From a virus, in IMG/VR virus record IMGVR_UViG_3300027911_000001, positions 1 to 64,000 of that record: a stretch of DNA of 64,000 bases; one strand, written 5' to 3'. Both the position numbers and the translations under genes were made by a program. Position 1 is the first letter of the stretch. Each line of letters opens with the position of its first letter. Positions 27,201 through 35,128 of the stretch are shown here, one piece after another. The notes under the pieces were generated by a model. It was given only the letters and a program-made list of their open reading frames with translations. It was not told the origin of the DNA and made no database searches.

Positions 27201-27734
27201 TTAAATCCCCCTAATTGCATTGTTAATATTGTCTTGGTCAAAGCTCAAATAGCTAGTAGTACTATTGATAGATACGTGACCCATAGCCTTTTGAGTACCA
27301 ATCAAATCACGTCCAAGTGCCTCGTAAATTTTCTTGGCAAACGTTTTCCTGGCCGAGTGAGTAGTCACTTTACCTTCAACTCTTGCCCTTAAAACCGCTT
27401 CTTTTATGATCCTGCTTGCATGCCTCTTACATACCGGAAACAGCTCGCTTTCAATTTTGGTTGATTCTAAGTATAGTCGTAAGGCTTCTTTGGCGTCATT
27501 ATGCAATACAACGCTTCTAGATCTAGTCTTGCCCTTCATATTGGATCTACTAACTGTAATAGAATCCCTGATCTTACCATATTGAGTTACATCCCCAACT
27601 GTTAGAGAAAGAATCTCCCCAATACGAAAGCCGGTCTTGAGTCCTATGGTAAACATGCACTGATCTCTTAGGTTACCAAGCTCTGTTAGAATTAGCTTGA
27701 CTTCTGTTTCTGTTAGTGGTCGTGATCCAATCAT
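27201..27734 (-). CDS. tyrosine recombinase/integrase (catalytic domain only, 177 aa)
   Basis: Catalytic residues in order: GFRIGE (R), KGKT (K), HSARKT (HxxR), GHVS (H) and TSYL (Y). Start at ATG 27734 after AAGGAG. Confidence 0.8.
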   Translation of the reverse strand: MIGSRPLTETEVKLILTELGNLRDQCMFTIGLKTGFRIGEILSLTVGDVTQYGKIRDSITVSRSNMKGKTRSRSVVLHNDAKEALRLYLESTKIESELFPVCKRHASRIIKEAVLRARVEGKVTTHSARKTFAKKIYEALGRDLIGTQKAMGHVSINSTTSYLSFDQDNINNAIRGI

Positions 27735-27744
27735 ATCGTCTCCT

Positions 27745-27924
27745 TTAGTTTGCCCAGCTGGCCTCATCAGCCTTATCCTTGGGATCTACCGCAGAGTCCT
27801 CGATTTGGAAGTAAACCAAGTCTCCATCATCAGAGTCTAATACGTCTACGCATTGAATGCAATTAAAATATCTTGATGGTGGTAATAATTTGTTACATTG
27901 CCTACATTTTCTTTTAGTTTTCAT
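27745..27924 (-). CDS. zinc-ribbon mini-protein (59 aa)
   Basis: Manual translation gives MKTKRKCRQCNKLLPPSRYFNCIQCVDV.... TAATG-coupled upstream. Its stop lies inside the SD region of the integrase. Confidence 0.5.
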   Translation of the reverse strand: MKTKRKCRQCNKLLPPSRYFNCIQCVDVLDSDDGDLVYFQIEDSAVDPKDKADEASWAN

Positions 27925-28379
27925 TAGTTAGCTCCTTTTATTCTTTTTTTGTTTTTATGCCATTCGCTATTGGTACCCAGGTTAACCATATTAGGATTAT
28001 CTGCATTAAGAGAAATAAAAACTTCTTCTATAGGTAGCAATGCCTTTGTGATCGCTGGGCCAATTTTTGGTTCATTAAATTTTACTACTTTTAATATTTC
28101 TATTTGCCAATCGTAGGCATTCCCCAGTTTTGCCGTGCTAGACATTCGTTGATATATGTGATCTCGTATTCTGGTTAATATATCACCTGTCTGTCCTATA
28201 TAAAATTTTTTAGTTTTAGTGTTTTTTATTTTATAAATAAAGCCCCGTTTTACTGGCTGAGTCTTGCAGTGTAGATCGATCCACTTGAATTTGAAACCGC
28301 CCTCGATTTCTTCTTGGTCTAAGAATTCCATTTTAGGCTTATGTACTGCACCTCCCAATCTATGGTTTAATCGTTTCAT
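27924..28379 (-). CDS. GIY-YIG nuclease domain protein (free-standing homing-endonuclease-like)
   Basis: GFIYKIKNTKTKKFYIGQT...R...H gives a GIY-(10 aa)-YIG motif. Confidence 0.7.
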   Translation of the reverse strand: MKRLNHRLGGAVHKPKMEFLDQEEIEGGFKFKWIDLHCKTQPVKRGFIYKIKNTKTKKFYIGQTGDILTRIRDHIYQRMSSTAKLGNAYDWQIEILKVVKFNEPKIGPAITKALLPIEEVFISLNADNPNMVNLGTNSEWHKNKKRIKGAN

Positions 28380-28569
28380 TAGCTGTCTCCTTTGGTTGAT
28401 GCAAATAATATCTCATTTCTTCAATAACTCGTCCCCAATGTTTTCTGGTTACAAAGTCTGATAGTTCATCCCGACAATCAAACTTTAATCTGTGTATCCA
28501 TTCGGTAACCACATCAAGATGATCGTGTGTCTTACAGGAATATATTACTTTACTAATCTTAAGATCCAT
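28360..28569 (-). CDS. small hypothetical protein
   Basis: 69-aa ORF. Confidence 0.6.
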   Translation of the reverse strand: MDLKISKVIYSCKTHDHLDVVTEWIHRLKFDCRDELSDFVTRKHWGRVIEEMRYYLHQPKETANETIKP

Positions 28570-28735
28570 TGTTTTCTCCCTGCAATTCTAGCTCATATAT
28601 CTCATAATCAAAGCAATTTGGATTATCTTTTTGTTTAGCGAGCCTCCACTCTAGCGCCTCTATACCATAGACAGTAGCAAACTTAGGCTTGCTGGACTCG
28701 TATTGATATCCTTCTGTTACAATATAGACTTTCAT
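28559..28735 (-). CDS. small hypothetical protein (58 aa)
   Basis: Manual translation gives MKVYIVTEGYQYESSKP.... ATGA-coupled to the upstream gene. Confidence 0.45.
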   Translation of the reverse strand: MKVYIVTEGYQYESSKPKFATVYGIEALEWRLAKQKDNPNCFDYEIYELELQGENNGS

Positions 28736-28914
28736 TCTTCCTCCCGTTCAATAAAAATAATCATTTTTACGCGCTTATTTTCATGTAGTTTAAAATCATA
28801 GTGATCCTGTACAAGAGCTTCCACTTCTAATTGTTCAATAGAATACTGATACCCATAAGATGTAACGTCTCGTCTTATGACTCCTGCTGTTTCTATTACT
28901 TCATACACTTTCAT
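28732..28914 (-). CDS. small hypothetical protein
   Basis: 60-aa ORF. Confidence 0.55.
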   Translation of the reverse strand: MKVYEVIETAGVIRRDVTSYGYQYSIEQLEVEALVQDHYDFKLHENKRVKMIIFIEREEE

Positions 28915-29107
28915 ATTTAAAATCCCTCCAGTATTCTTCGTCTTCTTTTCTCACCTTTATTTGATCATTCCCTATAAAGCCTCCATTGAATATATTATAC
29001 CATTCCACAGAATAAATCGTAAGCTTTTTATCGTCTACAAATATATCCTTCACATATAGATAAACATCTGTGTTTCCCATGTGTTTATAGCAATGGTCGC
29101 GTTTCAT
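28901..29107 (-). CDS. small hypothetical protein
   Basis: 68-aa ORF. Confidence 0.6.
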   Translation of the reverse strand: MKRDHCYKHMGNTDVYLYVKDIFVDDKKLTIYSVEWYNIFNGGFIGNDQIKVRKEDEEYWRDFKYESV

Positions 29108-29310
29108 GTTCTGTCCTCCTCGATAGGTTCCACTTCAAAGATAAACTTCCTGGTAACACGGATGTCGAAATTAACTTTGCATTTTGGACATGGTACTTCG
29201 TAAAAAAATATTCCCATACCCTCATTCACGCATTCGTAAGATAGCACCTTGCCCCAATTATTTATTCCTATCTTGCAGTAAGGACACCTTGGATAGTCAT
29301 CGTATTTCAT
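29104..29310 (-). CDS. zinc-ribbon mini-protein
   Basis: CPYC ... CPKC pairs. Confidence 0.6.
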   Translation of the reverse strand: MKYDDYPRCPYCKIGINNWGKVLSYECVNEGMGIFFYEVPCPKCKVNFDIRVTRKFIFEVEPIEEDRT

Positions 29311-29548
29311 TGATTTCCTCCAGTATTACCCTAAACGCGTCTTCGACCGATCCCTTATTTGGAATGAGCCAACCGGCACACATATCGTCCGAATACCTTT
29401 CCCAAATCATTCTTACTTCTTGCGTACTTAAATGATCTAAGCCGTATTCATCTTTAAGTTCTTGAGCCCATTCATCGTGTGGTTCTGGAGTATCGTCCTC
29501 GTTATTGTATTTCGGAGGTTTTACTTGAGCTACTCTATATTTACTCAT
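29297..29548 (-). CDS. small acidic hypothetical protein
   Basis: 83-aa ORF. Confidence 0.65.
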   Translation of the reverse strand: MSKYRVAQVKPPKYNNEDDTPEPHDEWAQELKDEYGLDHLSTQEVRMIWERYSDDMCAGWLIPNKGSVEDAFRVILEEINEIR

Positions 29549-29742
29549 AAAACCTCCACAACTACTTTGAAGATCCTAGGCTTTTCGCGCTTGTCAATCA
29601 GTAGGTTTGCTTTGTCTTTCTCAATATTCTCCAAAGCTTCCTGTTTGGTTTTATGTAAAAGCATATGCTGATTGTAGAATTCAAGAGCCTCAACTACTGT
29701 CTCTCCCGATCGCTTATATCCATATCCTAGCACCTTCTTCAT
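29545..29742 (-). CDS. small hypothetical protein
   Basis: 65-aa ORF, ATGA-coupled. Confidence 0.6.
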   Translation of the reverse strand: MKKVLGYGYKRSGETVVEALEFYNQHMLLHKTKQEALENIEKDKANLLIDKREKPRIFKVVVEVL

Positions 29743-29745
29743 AGC

Positions 29746-29922
29746 TTAGTCCTCCTCGTAAATACATACGTCGTCGATATCATAACAGTCTAGATCTTGC
29801 TCATCTAAAAATTCACTTTTGTCAAATTTAATTCTGGCTTCTTTTACGTTCTTAGCTTCAACGGTAGCCATTCTTTTGACTTCGCATCTATAAATTACTG
29901 TGAATTGTTTTAGCTTAGCCAT
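29746..29922 (-). CDS. small hypothetical protein (58 aa)
   Basis: Manual translation gives MAKLKQFTVIYRCEVKRMATVEAKN.... Confidence 0.45.
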   Translation of the reverse strand: MAKLKQFTVIYRCEVKRMATVEAKNVKEARIKFDKSEFLDEQDLDCYDIDDVCIYEED

Positions 29923-29925
29923 AAA

Positions 29926-30120
29926 TCACTTTCCTTTCTTATTTTTTGTTTCTAGTTTAATTTCATAATTCGGCAATTCTCCCATCCCACAGTGTGGGCA
30001 TTGGAAGTTATCCCAACAACCTGTCCAAGATACCTTGCATGTATCACAACTCATTGAGCGGCTATGCCATGGTGGAGTAGCTGAGAAGTCTCCTAAGTAT
30101 TTGTATTCTTGCTCAATCAT
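29926..30120 (-). CDS. zinc-ribbon mini-protein
   Basis: CDTC ... CPHC pairs. Confidence 0.6.
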   Translation of the reverse strand: MIEQEYKYLGDFSATPPWHSRSMSCDTCKVSWTGCWDNFQCPHCGMGELPNYEIKLETKNKKGK

Positions 30121-30409
30121 TTAATAGCCTTACTAGTAAATCTGGAAGAGTCTCTTTTAGAATTTCTTTAGCTCCCTCAAAATAGGAATCATACTTTGGA
30201 TTGGTTAAGTCTCTCTTCCCTATTTCAATAATGCTTTGAAGAATCTGCTGATGTTTTCTAAAGGCCTCAACCACGCCCTTCAATTGACTATCTCGATGGG
30301 CAATACCTTCCAGATAACAAAGCTCCAAGTCGCCCTTATGCAATTCATCATCTGGCGTATATTCGTATTCTTGGAGTAAGAATTTAATAGCCGCTTCTTT
30401 GTCAGTCAT
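30113..30409 (-). CDS. hypothetical protein
   Basis: 98-aa ORF. Confidence 0.65.
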   Translation of the reverse strand: MTDKEAAIKFLLQEYEYTPDDELHKGDLELCYLEGIAHRDSQLKGVVEAFRKHQQILQSIIEIGKRDLTNPKYDSYFEGAKEILKETLPDLLVRLLND

Positions 30410-30424
30410 AAAATCTCCTTAACT

Positions 30425-30952
30425 TCACTCTTGATTTTGCTGTCTTTCTTTTTCTAAAGCAGCCATTGCCTTAACTGTAAAATCTTTAAACTCTATTCTC
30501 TTCCAAGGCTTAGTGCCTCCTCTGTATACCTTAACACACTTCTTATCTAAGTCAAGCTCATATGCCCATTCACAAAATAGCCCATCTTTTAGGAAATCGT
30601 GCATGTTATGCAATAGTTTAACTTGACCCTTTGCGATTAGATTTAGTATTCCTGCGCCTGTATCTCTAGATAGCTCAGGATATAAGGCTTTATGTTTATC
30701 GGCAATATCAAAAGAGACTAGGTCAGAATTAGCGTCTGCTCCGCATTCAATCCAAGTATTCTTGAGAGCCTTTGGAGAGATCCATTCAAGCTTAGCTACT
30801 TCCTTTTTAAAGGTAACCAAATCGAATTGTTTAGATTGTAAAAATTTAGCGATATCCGCGCCTTGTCCACTTGGGTAGCCATCCCATTGTCCATACTGTG
30901 CTACTTTCACTCTACCTTTTAATCTCACTATTACTAAATGTCTTGTTCCCAT
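30425..30952 (-). CDS. hypothetical protein
   Basis: 175-aa ORF preceded by the conserved AGTGAATTTTAACAAGGAGA leader. Confidence 0.75.
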   Translation of the reverse strand: MGTRHLVIVRLKGRVKVAQYGQWDGYPSGQGADIAKFLQSKQFDLVTFKKEVAKLEWISPKALKNTWIECGADANSDLVSFDIADKHKALYPELSRDTGAGILNLIAKGQVKLLHNMHDFLKDGLFCEWAYELDLDKKCVKVYRGGTKPWKRIEFKDFTVKAMAALEKERQQNQE

Positions 30953-30956
30953 ATTG

Positions 30957-30976
30957 TCTCCTTGTTAAAATTCACT
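30957..30976 (-). promoter_or_regulatory. conserved leader AGTGAATTTTAACAAGGAGA (copy 1)
   Basis: A 20-mer including the SD. Near-identical copies at 35888, 36344 and 36879. Confidence 0.6.
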
Positions 30977-31005
30977 CTTTAATTCGTTTCTATTGATTCT
31001 TTGTT

Positions 31006-32016
31006 TTAAAGGGCTACCCATCCAGTAGCCGAAGTCCAATGATATCCTCCGGCTACCCAGGTAGAGTAAACATTAGATCCAGATCCCCAATTAATTTGCG
31101 ACCATGTGGTTCCATCTCCTGTCACTGAGAAGTTACAGCCACTAGAATCTGTGTCGATATAACTTCCATTTGGAATAAAAGCAAAGCGAGTATTTTGGCC
31201 TGATACTGTCTCAGAGAAAGAAGCTAAGATCTGTCCACCTTGTAACCCAAGCAATGTTTCTTTCCAAGGCGAAGAATTCGCTCCGCAAGGTTCAATCGCT
31301 TGAACTAGACTAAACGAGACCGTACCTCCAGAACTACCGTTAGTGCCGTTAGTTCCGGCCTGGCCATTTTGCCCATTAGCGCCGTTATTTCCATTACAAA
31401 CGTAATCTGTCTCTGAATGCGTTGAGTCAGTTAGCGTCAGATCAAAACCGCCATTGGTGCAATGAGTGCCATTGTCTGTAACTATACTAAAAGTTGTACT
31501 CACGCCATTCGTACCATTGGTGCCGTTTGTGCCATTTGACCCATTGCTTCCATTTGACCCGTTGGTTCCGTTCGATCCGTTGCTGCCATTAGATCCATTG
31601 CAAACATAAGTCAATCCTAATAGTGATTCGCCTGTATCTAATGTTCCATTATTGTTTAGATCTTGAAAGTTCTCCAATTGCACTCCGCCATTGGGGCAAT
31701 TAGCGTTACCTACCGATAGTTGAGTCGTTTTAATGCCAGCCCCATAACCTTGGGCACCGTTAGTTCCATTGGTCCCAGCGTTACCCTGAGTGCCTGCTGC
31801 CCCTGTCTGCCCCGTGGCTCCTTGGTCTCCAGTGTCTCCTTTAGATCCCGATGCCCCAGGGGCACCACTCGGCCCTACTACTGGGACTAATTCCTTTCTT
31901 TTACCGCATCCATTCAATCCTAACAAGATAAAGATAATTGCCATTACTGAAAAAACGATTCCCAGTCCCGACACAATAAGAGCCGCTTGATTGGTCTGTT
32001 CTTTAATTATTTTCAT
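31006..32016 (-). CDS. collagen-like repeat lipoprotein
   Basis: N-terminal TM helix plus the lipobox-like LLGLNGC. Three blocks of G-X-Y triplets: GPSGAPGASGSKGDTGDQGATGQTGAAGTQGNAGTNGTNGAQG, (GSN/GTN)n, and GNNGANGQNGQAGTNGTNG. Confidence 0.75.
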   Translation of the reverse strand: MKIIKEQTNQAALIVSGLGIVFSVMAIIFILLGLNGCGKRKELVPVVGPSGAPGASGSKGDTGDQGATGQTGAAGTQGNAGTNGTNGAQGYGAGIKTTQLSVGNANCPNGGVQLENFQDLNNNGTLDTGESLLGLTYVCNGSNGSNGSNGTNGSNGSNGSNGTNGTNGTNGVSTTFSIVTDNGTHCTNGGFDLTLTDSTHSETDYVCNGNNGANGQNGQAGTNGTNGSSGGTVSFSLVQAIEPCGANSSPWKETLLGLQGGQILASFSETVSGQNTRFAFIPNGSYIDTDSSGCNFSVTGDGTTWSQINWGSGSNVYSTWVAGGYHWTSATGWVAL

Positions 32017-32041
32017 ATCATTCTCCTCATTTTATGGTTAT

Positions 32042-32057
32042 TGCAGGCATTGTGCCA
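32042..32057 (-). promoter_or_regulatory. sigma54-type -24/-12 promoter (a)
   Basis: Minus strand reads TTGGCACAATGCCTGCAA, with GG-N10-GC spacing. It lies about 26 nt upstream of ATG 32016, with GAGGAG between. Confidence 0.6.
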
Positions 32058-32086
32058 ACCGTAACTATTTGGTTTTACTACATTGT

Positions 32087-32099
32087 GACAAAAATTGTC
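32087..32099. promoter_or_regulatory. GACAA-AAA-TTGTC inverted repeat upstream of promoter (a)
   Basis: An identical 13-mer occurs at 33457-33469. Confidence 0.5.
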
Positions 32100-32111
32100 T
32101 GTATATTTATT

Positions 32112-32507
32112 TTACGCTGCATTGTTCTTAGACACTGTTAATCCGTAGCAACTCCTCTTTGGGAGTTTAATCCGTTCTTTTAGTTTAGCATAACGCTTTA
32201 TAAACGCTACATGTTTTTTACCTTTTATAATATGCCTATCTTCTAACTCATAAACCTTAATTTCAAATCCATCGTAATAAGAGATATTGGTTAATTCCTC
32301 TCTATTAAACCAATTCGTTAACTGCGTTAAGCTCTCGAATCCATAAAAATATTCTGCGGAGACGTAGCTAGGTAAAATAATCCCATCTGCATGAGGTGCT
32401 GGATGGGTAGGCAATTCATGCTTTCTTTCAGTCCATGCTAAGCTGCCCATCGATATCCCAGAATATGGGCCTTGCCCGTAAAAGCCCTCAATTCTATATA
32501 CCCTCAT
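32112..32507 (-). CDS. hypothetical protein
   Basis: 131-aa ORF with AGGAGGA upstream. Confidence 0.7.
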   Translation of the reverse strand: MRVYRIEGFYGQGPYSGISMGSLAWTERKHELPTHPAPHADGIILPSYVSAEYFYGFESLTQLTNWFNREELTNISYYDGFEIKVYELEDRHIIKGKKHVAFIKRYAKLKERIKLPKRSCYGLTVSKNNAA

Positions 32508-32515
32508 AAGTCCTC

Positions 32516-32650
32516 CTATTTTGGTTTAAACTCAGGCCATTTTCTATAGAATATCTTTAGTGTTTCTACGCACAACTGACATACAAATCGGTCCGATGGT
32601 TTAGAAGTATGAAAGACCTTATTGCACGTTTCGCATTCGCACTCTTTCAT
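32516..32650 (-). CDS. zinc-finger mini-protein (44 aa)
   Basis: Manual translation gives MKECECETCNKVFHTSKPSDRFVCQLCVETLK.... Confidence 0.45.
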   Translation of the reverse strand: MKECECETCNKVFHTSKPSDRFVCQLCVETLKIFYRKWPEFKPK

Positions 32651-32803
32651 CTAATACTCTCTCATTCTAGCTTCATGATAAGCCACAGTCAACAGTGGAT
32701 TAACTACCAAAAACACAAAGAATAGAATTGGATTAGTGGCCATTAGGTCCGCCGTTGCAAATCCCATAAGCGCCCCTTGTGCGATCATAATTAAGTTAAT
32801 CAT
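32651..32803 (-). CDS. small membrane protein (50 aa)
   Basis: Manual translation gives MINLIMIAQGALMGFATADLMATNPILFFVFLVVNPLL.... GAGGAG upstream. Confidence 0.45.
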   Translation of the reverse strand: MINLIMIAQGALMGFATADLMATNPILFFVFLVVNPLLTVAYHEARMREY

Positions 32804-33005
32804 TTTGTTTCTCCTCTTGTTTAATATCCTTTTTAATCGAATCGATCACCACATCTAAAGAACCAATGAAGCTAAATGTTTCAACGATTGTCTTATATAT
32901 TCTATGCCTACGCCAATCATCTTCAGGATAGCTAAACTCCACGCCCCTTATTAAAGCCTTAGCCTGCATTAGGTCGTCGAGCCTTTCCTTATTGGTTCTA
33001 ATCAT
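32796..33005 (-). CDS. small hypothetical protein
   Basis: 69-aa ORF. Confidence 0.6.
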   Translation of the reverse strand: MIRTNKERLDDLMQAKALIRGVEFSYPEDDWRRHRIYKTIVETFSFIGSLDVVIDSIKKDIKQEEKQND

Positions 33006-33160
33006 AAATCTACCCCAGAACTCTTTATGGCCATATCCCTAATCGATTCGTAGTCGTTGCTATGGGCTACCTCGACATTATTTACCGATAGCGTAAAGCC
33101 CCCAGAATCGTGGGCCACACATACATCGATACCCTTATTGATAATTTTAAAAATATACAT
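33002..33160 (-). CDS. small hypothetical protein (52 aa)
   Basis: Manual translation gives MYIFKIINKGIDVCVAHDSGG.... ATGA-coupled downstream. Confidence 0.45.
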   Translation of the reverse strand: MYIFKIINKGIDVCVAHDSGGFTLSVNNVEVAHSNDYESIRDMAIKSSGVDL

Positions 33161-33171
33161 ACTTCCCTTTC

Positions 33172-33342
33172 TTAATTTGTTTCATCTTTCAATCGTTTAT
33201 ATACGATACTTCCACGCATAGTAACTCCTAGCAAATACGCAAAAGCTAGCAGCCATCGACCGTCCGTGAAATAGCACCCCACTAAGAATCCCCAAGTCGC
33301 CAATAGTACGACATTAAAAATTTTACTTGTCTTATTACTCAT
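33172..33342 (-). CDS. small membrane protein (56 aa)
   Basis: Manual translation gives MSNKTSKIFNVVLLATWGFLVGCYF.... AAAGGAG upstream. First gene after sigma54-type promoter (b). Confidence 0.45.
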   Translation of the reverse strand: MSNKTSKIFNVVLLATWGFLVGCYFTDGRWLLAFAYLLGVTMRGSIVYKRLKDETN

Positions 33343-33411
33343 ACCAATCTCCTTTCAAAAACTATCCCTGTTCGCAATCCGTTTATTCAGATCGCTTGCA
33401 TTTATATCTAT

Positions 33412-33427
33412 TGCAGCCGACGTGCCA
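33412..33427 (-). promoter_or_regulatory. sigma54-type -24/-12 promoter (b)
   Basis: Minus strand reads CTGGCACGTCGGCTGCAA. Confidence 0.6.
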
Positions 33428-33456
33428 GTCCTAAATATTTGGATTTATTAGGAAGC

Positions 33457-33469
33457 GACAAAAATTGTC
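33457..33469. promoter_or_regulatory. GACAA-AAA-TTGTC inverted repeat upstream of promoter (b)
   Basis: Same 13-mer as 32087-32099, about 30 nt upstream of the -24 element. Confidence 0.5.
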
Positions 33470-33573
33470 CGTAGAACTTTTATTCATTTGATATTTCTTA
33501 GACAACAAAACGAAAAAGCGCCCTAGTTTAAAACTAGAGCGCTGATTATCGAACTATAAAGTTTTTAGTTCTT

Positions 33574-34116
33574 CTAAAAGGACCGCTGGCCCAACGTGGC
33601 CCTAATTTTGTCCAAGTCCATTTCGGTGGCATTTGAGGGTAAGATAACTTCGGCAATCAAGCCGCTACTCAAAGTGATAGAGTAAAGTTTTCGCTCGATT
33701 TTTAAGACCACTTTTCTTGAGCGTCTTTTTTTAATCACCGGCTGAATTGGCTTGATGGCCACTACCTTAGGGACTCGTTTGGCCAATTCTCTAACTTCGT
33801 TCTCTTTTCCTTCTATAGCTACCTTTGCAATGCTTTTAAGCGAATAGTACCATTGGAACTTGTCAGGTCCTCCACGACGACCATAAACGATGGTGCCAAT
33901 TCCTAGGTCTTGTAGATCTTTCCAGAACTTTTGAAAATCCTCATCTACTACCTTCTCTCCCATGCTCACTAATTGCTGTTTTGCAAGAGTAATGTTAGAA
34001 TACCCTCTAGCGCGCTCCCTGAGCGCCAGCATGAGCATAGTCACCACGGCAGTATGGGATGTATTGGTTAAGGCTTTGAGTTTTTCACTGTTCATTTTTA
34101 CGATTTGGTTTTCCAT
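33574..34116 (-). CDS. hypothetical protein
   Basis: 180-aa ORF downstream of sigma54-type promoter (c). Confidence 0.75.
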   Translation of the reverse strand: MENQIVKMNSEKLKALTNTSHTAVVTMLMLALRERARGYSNITLAKQQLVSMGEKVVDEDFQKFWKDLQDLGIGTIVYGRRGGPDKFQWYYSLKSIAKVAIEGKENEVRELAKRVPKVVAIKPIQPVIKKRRSRKVVLKIERKLYSITLSSGLIAEVILPSNATEMDLDKIRATLGQRSF

Positions 34117-34175
34117 TTTCTTATTTCCTTCTTTTTATTTAGCGTGTCGTTATTGACTCGCTTGCTTGTACTATA

Positions 34176-34191
34176 TGCACCAGGCGTGCCA
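34176..34191 (-). promoter_or_regulatory. sigma54-type -24/-12 promoter (c)
   Basis: Minus strand reads ATGGCACGCCTGGTGCAT. Confidence 0.55.
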
Positions 34192-34247
34192 TATATAACT
34201 ATTTGATATTATTGACATGCCCATTATGACACCATAGAGAAATTATA

Positions 34248-34616
34248 TCAAGTTCTTTGTGCAGTGACACTTTTTGTACAGTTTATCAAAGAGAACAGCT
34301 GATCCATCTCGAATGGTTTTAACAGCACGTCGTCCATATGCAGTTTGTCGGCTACTTCCTTAGCTAATTTTTTTGGCATTGCCGTAAAAAGAACCGTGTG
34401 ACAATTTTTGTAATGGCTCCGGCAATAAGCTATAGCTTCCGTAGAGTCCTCCTTGGTCAATCTCATATCCGCCAATAAAAGCAACGGCTCATTTGACCGC
34501 ATAAAATCTATGGCCTCTTCACAGCTAGAGGATACCTTGTATTTGGCATCAAGCGAATCTAAACACAGGCTTAATATCTCTTTAAGTGCATCGTCGTCTT
34601 CTAGTATTAAAATCAC
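34248..34616 (-). CDS. stand-alone response-regulator receiver (REC/CheY-like) domain
   Basis: ILILEDDD (acidic pocket), LLLLADMRL (phospho-acceptor Asp position), LFTAM (Thr) and LLKPF (Lys). GTG start 7 nt after GGGAGA. Confidence 0.75.
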   Translation of the reverse strand: MILILEDDDALKEILSLCLDSLDAKYKVSSSCEEAIDFMRSNEPLLLLADMRLTKEDSTEAIAYCRSHYKNCHTVLFTAMPKKLAKEVADKLHMDDVLLKPFEMDQLFSLINCTKSVTAQRT

Positions 34617-34815
34617 TTCTTAGTCTCCCTATCATATGCAGTACGTTTCGCATAAGCGTACCTCTATCCATGCTCTTATAAACGCACTTCGTGCGCGAAT
34701 TTTTACCCCAATAGATTGTAACCTGATGGCCTTCATCAACTGGAGATAGCCTGATTGCTATGTGATTGATAGATATAAAAGAAAAAAGGGACTTGTCAAC
34801 AGAATTTGTTTTCAT
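34582..34815 (-). CDS. questionable small ORF
   Basis: 77 aa with no SD. Overlaps the REC start by 35 nt. Confidence 0.35.
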   Translation of the reverse strand: MKTNSVDKSLFSFISINHIAIRLSPVDEGHQVTIYWGKNSRTKCVYKSMDRGTLMRNVLHMIGRLRSDFNTRRRRCT

Positions 34816-34846
34816 TAGACAAGCGTTAATCGAAAAAATACTTTTG

Positions 34847-35032
34847 TCAATTAGTTAAACAGTACTCGTCCCTGAATAAATCGAAGGCCTCTCCATTCCA
34901 TATGCCAAATTCATGTTGCAAATCAAATTCAATTAGGGTATCCTTCGGAATTGTTACCTCTGTGGCTCCCCGCATATAGGTAACGTTTTTTGTAAGGTTG
35001 ACTGTTATTAATTGATCCATATATTCTCCCAC
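34847..35032 (-). CDS. small hypothetical protein
   Basis: 61-aa ORF downstream of a sigma70-type promoter. Confidence 0.55.
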   Translation of the reverse strand: MGEYMDQLITVNLTKNVTYMRGATEVTIPKDTLIEFDLQHEFGIWNGEAFDLFRDEYCLTN

Positions 35033-35040
35033 CCTATAAC

Positions 35041-35069
35041 AGAGTAAAATGGTATAAAATAAAAGTCAA
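35041..35069 (-). promoter_or_regulatory. sigma70-type promoter (TTGACT-17-TACTCT)
   Basis: Read on the minus strand. Precedes 34847..35032 and the REC gene. Confidence 0.5.
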
Positions 35070-35128
35070 CCCAAAAAACACTTTTGAAAATTGAATCTAT
35101 AGCAAATGAAAAATTGACGGTAGGGGGC

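Noticed and set aside
31300-31620. Periodic nucleotide repeats (also 38227..38274) as a possible CRISPR array
   Set aside because: The repeats have 6-9-nt periods with no spacers. They are in-frame coding repeats, (GSN/GTN)n collagen-like and (KT)n. No CRISPR-like 25-40-nt repeat/spacer structure exists anywhere in the window.
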